Shown piece after piece: positions 32,089 through 35,119 of a stretch of DNA of 35,119 nt; position 1 is the first letter of the stretch, and every line of letters starts with the position of its first letter. The notes beneath the pieces are model-generated. The model ran no database searches. It worked only from the letters and a program-made list of their open reading frames with translations, and was not told the origin of the DNA. Source of the stretch: a virus; IMG/VR virus record IMGVR_UViG_3300020518_000004. One strand, 5' to 3'. Made by a program: the position numbers and the translations under genes.

Positions 32089-32480
32089 TGCGGTTATACG
32101 ACCCCAGAAACGACAAACCCCCGAGCGGGGGCAACGGGGGCTTGACGCGGCTTATGATTTGGCCTTACGCTGAATTTGCAGATCGGCGTAAGGGCATTGT
32201 CAACTTAGGTTGCACCTTTGTCAACATCCCTCACGCCTCGGCTTGTCTGGTCGGGGAAACCACGCGCAGACACGGCTTAAATCTTGACCGGGGCGGCCAG
32301 CCTCAAGACGCGCAGCGTGTAGCGGGGAAGCGCGAATGGCACCGGGAAACCGGCAAATGTAGCCCGCAGCGGATGGCTCCGTCAGTCATCAAACCGCACG
32401 ATCCCATTGAGGCGTTCCTACGTCTCAACCGTGCGGATTCACCATCAGTCATCAAGGTTTTAGAGGTGAAACATGGGTGA
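32088..32480 (+). CDS. Doubtful ORF (130 aa) spanning a repeat- and hairpin-rich segment
   Basis: It has TAATG coupling upstream and an 8-nt overlap downstream. However, there is no Shine-Dalgarno sequence and the codon choice is atypical for this genome (cgg, ggg, aga, tta, cta). See the finding on this region. Confidence 0.3.
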   Translation: MRLYDPRNDKPPSGGNGGLTRLMIWPYAEFADRRKGIVNLGCTFVNIPHASACLVGETTRRHGLNLDRGGQPQDAQRVAGKREWHRETGKCSPQRMAPSVIKPHDPIEAFLRLNRADSPSVIKVLEVKHG

Positions 32481-32847
32481 TGAGACGTTATACCCAAAGA
32501 GTGAAGTCAGTCATAAAGACCTCAACCTACAGCACCAAGAAAAAAAAATACTAGATCATTGGGAAGAAAGTTTTAAGGTAAGCCCTATCCAGCGTCTAAA
32601 GTACCTTGACGCACTGTTAGCCCGCACAACCGATACCGAACGCACCGAAAGCATCAAGTGGAGGGTGGCAGAGTTGCTCCGTGAGGTGGATGCGGGTCAG
32701 GTGCTAGGTGAGCCGCAGTTGGTGACGATGGTGCGGTATCTGTTTGGTGAGAAAGGGCTAAAGCGGTTGCGTGAAAAAGTTAAATCACAACACTCGGATG
32801 TGGTGGAGGATATGGCTCATCCGGTGCATCAACGAGGCAAGGTATGA
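32473..32847 (+). CDS. Hypothetical protein
   Basis: 124 aa with a GAGGTG ribosome-binding site. Helical and charged. Confidence 0.55.
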   Translation: MGDETLYPKSEVSHKDLNLQHQEKKILDHWEESFKVSPIQRLKYLDALLARTTDTERTESIKWRVAELLREVDAGQVLGEPQLVTMVRYLFGEKGLKRLREKVKSQHSDVVEDMAHPVHQRGKV

Positions 32848-33581
32848 ACCCGTCAGCAGCCCTGTTTCACAAGGATTACCAAAAGTTCAGTCCCGAAAAA
32901 AGAAGGGAAATACACGACACCTTGCAGACCCTTATGGGGTTACTCGGCGCAAACGTCGGAGGACATTGCACCTTCCACGATGACCTCTTTGTGTGGTTTC
33001 GGAACCTATTTTTTACGCATGACCCGAGGTTTAACGAAGCGTGTGGGAGCCTCAACTTTGTGCTACGCGCACGGCTCTGGCGGCTTTACACCCTATGTTG
33101 GGCGTGTGAGCAGGCATTACACGTTGACGGTGCCATCGTAGACATTGGGACGTACGACGGTCGTGCGCTGGAAGTCGTGTTGCGGTATCAGCGTGAGCAA
33201 CGAGAGGTGTATGCGTACGACTATTTCGCCGAACCTCCCGAGGAGAGCAAGAAATCAGAGCATGGCCCCGACCTTTGCGAGCAAGTGACCGAGCGTTTAT
33301 CGCCGTGGAACGCAAAAGTGTATCTCGGTGATATACACGCTACTGCGCACACGCTCCCCGATCAGATTGCCTTTTGCCAGATTGACCTTAACGACGCAGA
33401 GGCCGAAAGGTTTGTGTTCCCGTTGGTGTACCAAAGGCTATCACCCGGTGGCATAGTCATCTTTGACGACTACGGCTTTGCTCGGTATCGTGAGTCAGCG
33501 GTGACGCACCAAAAGTTCCTAGAAGGCAAAGAGCAAATCTTGGAAATGCCGACCGGCCAAGGATTATTGATTAAGGCATGA
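32844..33581 (+). CDS. Class I SAM-dependent methyltransferase, TylF/MycF (macrocin/sugar O-methyltransferase)-like
   Basis: GAIVDIGTYDGRALEV (SAM motif I) and IAFCQIDLNDAEAERFVFPLVYQRLSPGGIVIFDDYG, the TylF signature with metal-binding Asp residues. Confidence 0.65.
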   Translation: MNPSAALFHKDYQKFSPEKRREIHDTLQTLMGLLGANVGGHCTFHDDLFVWFRNLFFTHDPRFNEACGSLNFVLRARLWRLYTLCWACEQALHVDGAIVDIGTYDGRALEVVLRYQREQREVYAYDYFAEPPEESKKSEHGPDLCEQVTERLSPWNAKVYLGDIHATAHTLPDQIAFCQIDLNDAEAERFVFPLVYQRLSPGGIVIFDDYGFARYRESAVTHQKFLEGKEQILEMPTGQGLLIKA

Positions 33582-33901
33582 GACACGCAGCACGCCGAGA
33601 CGGGAACGATGCGGTCATCACACAGGCACTGCGTGCGCAAGGGTTTACCGTCTACGACTACGGCAAGGCAGGCGAAGGCATACCCGATAAACTCGTCACT
33701 CGGGCGCTACCCGACGGCGTAGAATGGGTGTGCTGGGTAGAGATCAAGATGCCGAAGGGCAAGTTACGGGAAGGCCAAGAGCGGTTCCGTAACATCTTTG
33801 CGCCTCGCGGTGAGTATTACGTCGCCCGTGACGCACAGGACGCGGTGCGGGAACTTTACGAGCGGTATTTGCTCTCTATCAAACCGGAGCAGTACCGATA
33901 A
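33578..33901 (+). CDS. VRR-NUC domain nuclease (PD-(D/E)XK, Holliday-junction-resolvase-like)
   Basis: GIPDKLV...WVEIKMPKGKLREGQERF fits the VRR-NUC D...E-x-K...Q core. 107 aa. ATGA coupling. Confidence 0.65.
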   Translation: MRHAARRDGNDAVITQALRAQGFTVYDYGKAGEGIPDKLVTRALPDGVEWVCWVEIKMPKGKLREGQERFRNIFAPRGEYYVARDAQDAVRELYERYLLSIKPEQYR

Positions 33902-34541
33902 GCGCCTTTCGCGCACCCTTGTAATGAACGATGGCCGGGTGGGGATGCTGGGGTAAGTACTCTGGCAGGCAGGCAAAGTGATACTCGGGCAGCGTTACCT
34001 CGGTCTGCCGGCAATACTCTCGCAAAACCTCTTGATCGCCGTACCACCGCCAGAATTTCTCGGGTAACGCCTCAAACATCTCGGCCATATCCTCCCACGG
34101 CCCTGCATCACGGGTCACCGTGGCACAACCGACAAACGGGTACACTTCATCCAGCGTCTTACCCGTGTATTCGGAAAAGTCCAAACCCCGCTGACGAGGG
34201 TTGAATAGCGCATCTCGGTTGAATGACCGCCGACACGGCACGCAAACCTCATCCAGAACGAGCGTGGACGGCTTTATGGGGGCTTTCACAACCATATCGG
34301 TGTCAAGGTATAGGGCAGGTTCGTCTAGCCCTAATCGCGCAAAGGCGGCAAGACGCCAGTGCATCAGGAACTCCCGGTCGCCCTCGGTCGGGTACGCCCA
34401 TGTGACACCCTCTACAGTCGCGGTCACACGATCCGTCACTTGGATGATTTCAGCACCGGGGTTAAAGGCGCGGAGGGAAGCGACCATCCGAGTCGGCCAT
34501 TCCAGATCATCGCCCACATGGAAAAACACGAACGTAGACAT
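33879..34541 (-). CDS. GT-A type glycosyltransferase (DxD = DTD), GT32/sugar-binding-region-like
   Basis: FHVGDD...WRLAAFARLGLDEPALYLDTDMVV resembles the DXD-containing sugar-binding region. 220 aa. No Shine-Dalgarno sequence. Confidence 0.5.
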   Translation of the reverse strand: MSTFVFFHVGDDLEWPTRMVASLRAFNPGAEIIQVTDRVTATVEGVTWAYPTEGDREFLMHWRLAAFARLGLDEPALYLDTDMVVKAPIKPSTLVLDEVCVPCRRSFNRDALFNPRQRGLDFSEYTGKTLDEVYPFVGCATVTRDAGPWEDMAEMFEALPEKFWRWYGDQEVLREYCRQTEVTLPEYHFACLPEYLPQHPHPAIVHYKGARKALIGTAPV

Positions 34542-34543
34542 AC

Positions 34544-34572
34544 TTGCAAACGTATCACATGGTAGTTACGAT
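34544..34572 (+). promoter_or_regulatory. Putative promoter of the long rightward (late/structural) operon, TTGCAA-N17-TACGAT
   Basis: Hexamers at 34544-34549 and 34567-34572, in the 61-nt divergent gap. A GAGG ribosome-binding site precedes the ATG at 34603. Confidence 0.4.
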
Positions 34573-34602
34573 CACCAAGGGAAACTCTGTCCCGAGGTTG
34601 TT

Positions 34603-34905
34603 ATGGCTGATACGCGAAAAGAAAAATTGCAAGCCATGTTGGATGCCATAGAAGCATCTAAAGCCAATATGGGCAAGCAGCAACTAATGGAAGTTTTGCG
34701 AAAAAAAGAAGCAGCAAAACAATCCATTATTCCCGAGGATATGCGTCGGGAACCGGAATACGAGGCCGCCCCAGCCACGGTCGGCGAACCGCAACGTGTG
34801 GAAAACCTGCCTTTTACGGAAGGAAGCCAACAAGTCGTAAAACCGTTGCCTTATTCGCCTAGCAAAAAAGAAAAGAAAACGCGTTTGTATCGGATGATGC
34901 AATGA
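34603..34905 (+). CDS. Hypothetical K/E-rich protein (100 aa)
   Basis: Start taken at ATG 34603 with a GAGG ribosome-binding site. The longer ORF-track version would overlap the antisense GT gene. Confidence 0.55.
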   Translation: MADTRKEKLQAMLDAIEASKANMGKQQLMEVLRKKEAAKQSIIPEDMRREPEYEAAPATVGEPQRVENLPFTEGSQQVVKPLPYSPSKKEKKTRLYRMMQ

Positions 34906-35119
34906 GCCACAAAGACGCGGCTGAATTCGTTGGGGTGTTGTTGCATTCGGCAACGGCCACGCATTTTCTGCATCTGCAAACGGCCAGTTACGCTGCCCAC
35001 AAGGCACTCGGCCACTACTACGAAAACATCGTGGACTTGGCCGACAAGTACGCGGAAGCCTACCAAGGGCACTACGGCATTATCCCTCTCGCCGACTATC
35101 CCGAAGGCTTCAAGGTACA
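34902..35119 (+). CDS. 5' part of the ferritin/Dps-like (DUF5856-like) gene; continues at base 2 after circular closure
   Basis: ATGA overlap with the upstream stop. MSHKDAAEFVGVLLHSATATHFLHLQTASYAAHKALGHYYENIVDLADKY... Confidence 0.6.
   Translation, partial: MSHKDAAEFVGVLLHSATATHFLHLQTASYAAHKALGHYYENIVDLADKYAEAYQGHYGIIPLADYPEGFKV
35021..35119. repeat. Second copy of the 99-nt terminal duplication
   Basis: Identical to 1-99. Confidence 0.95.

Overview
The window is a complete tailed-phage genome of about 35.0 kb. Bases 1-99 are identical to 35021-35119, so the sequence closes into a circle (or is terminally redundant). One gene, a ferritin/Dps-like four-helix protein, reads across that junction.

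There are three transcription blocks.
(1) A long + strand late operon starts at a sigma70-like promoter near 34544 and wraps through the junction to 26630. In order it carries: a small K/E-rich protein, the Dps-like protein, a stand-alone polyvalent-type HExxH zincin, TerS, TerL, small basic proteins, portal, scaffold, major capsid, a decoration-like protein, a DUF115/Maf-like enzyme, a C1q-like fibre, adaptor/tail proteins, an embedded GNAT, a 1201-aa Gln/Ala/Gly repeat protein with three more internal-virion-type proteins, a tail fibre with an S74 chaperone, the lysis cassette, and an HTH-metallophosphoesterase.
(2) A - strand early operon runs from 31830 down to 26784. It carries small proteins, a Sak/DUF1071 annealase, an HTH protein, a YqaJ exonuclease, an SSB-like protein, a PD-(D/E)XK-like protein, a GT8-like glycosyltransferase, NinB, a YbcO-like protein and a 185-aa unknown. 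It ends in a tRNA-Gln(UUG).
(3) A short + strand operon comes from a back-to-back divergent promoter. It carries a Cro-like HTH, a doubtful ORF/repeat region, an unknown, a TylF-like O-methyltransferase and a VRR-NUC nuclease. It converges on a - strand GT-A glycosyltransferase.

I recognise no tail tube, sheath or tape-measure gene, so the phage looks podovirus-like. I also recognise no integrase, CI repressor, DNA polymerase, primase, helicase, CRISPR array, reverse transcriptase or transposase.

The most unusual content is:
- the giant Q-rich/FG-YG repeat virion protein together with a phage tRNA-Gln;
- a dispersed glycan/acyl-modification gene set (DUF115, two GT-A enzymes, a TylF methyltransferase, a GNAT), partly inside the virion module;
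- a stand-alone polyvalent-protein-type metallopeptidase placed before the terminase.

All family assignments come from motif recognition by eye, not from searches.
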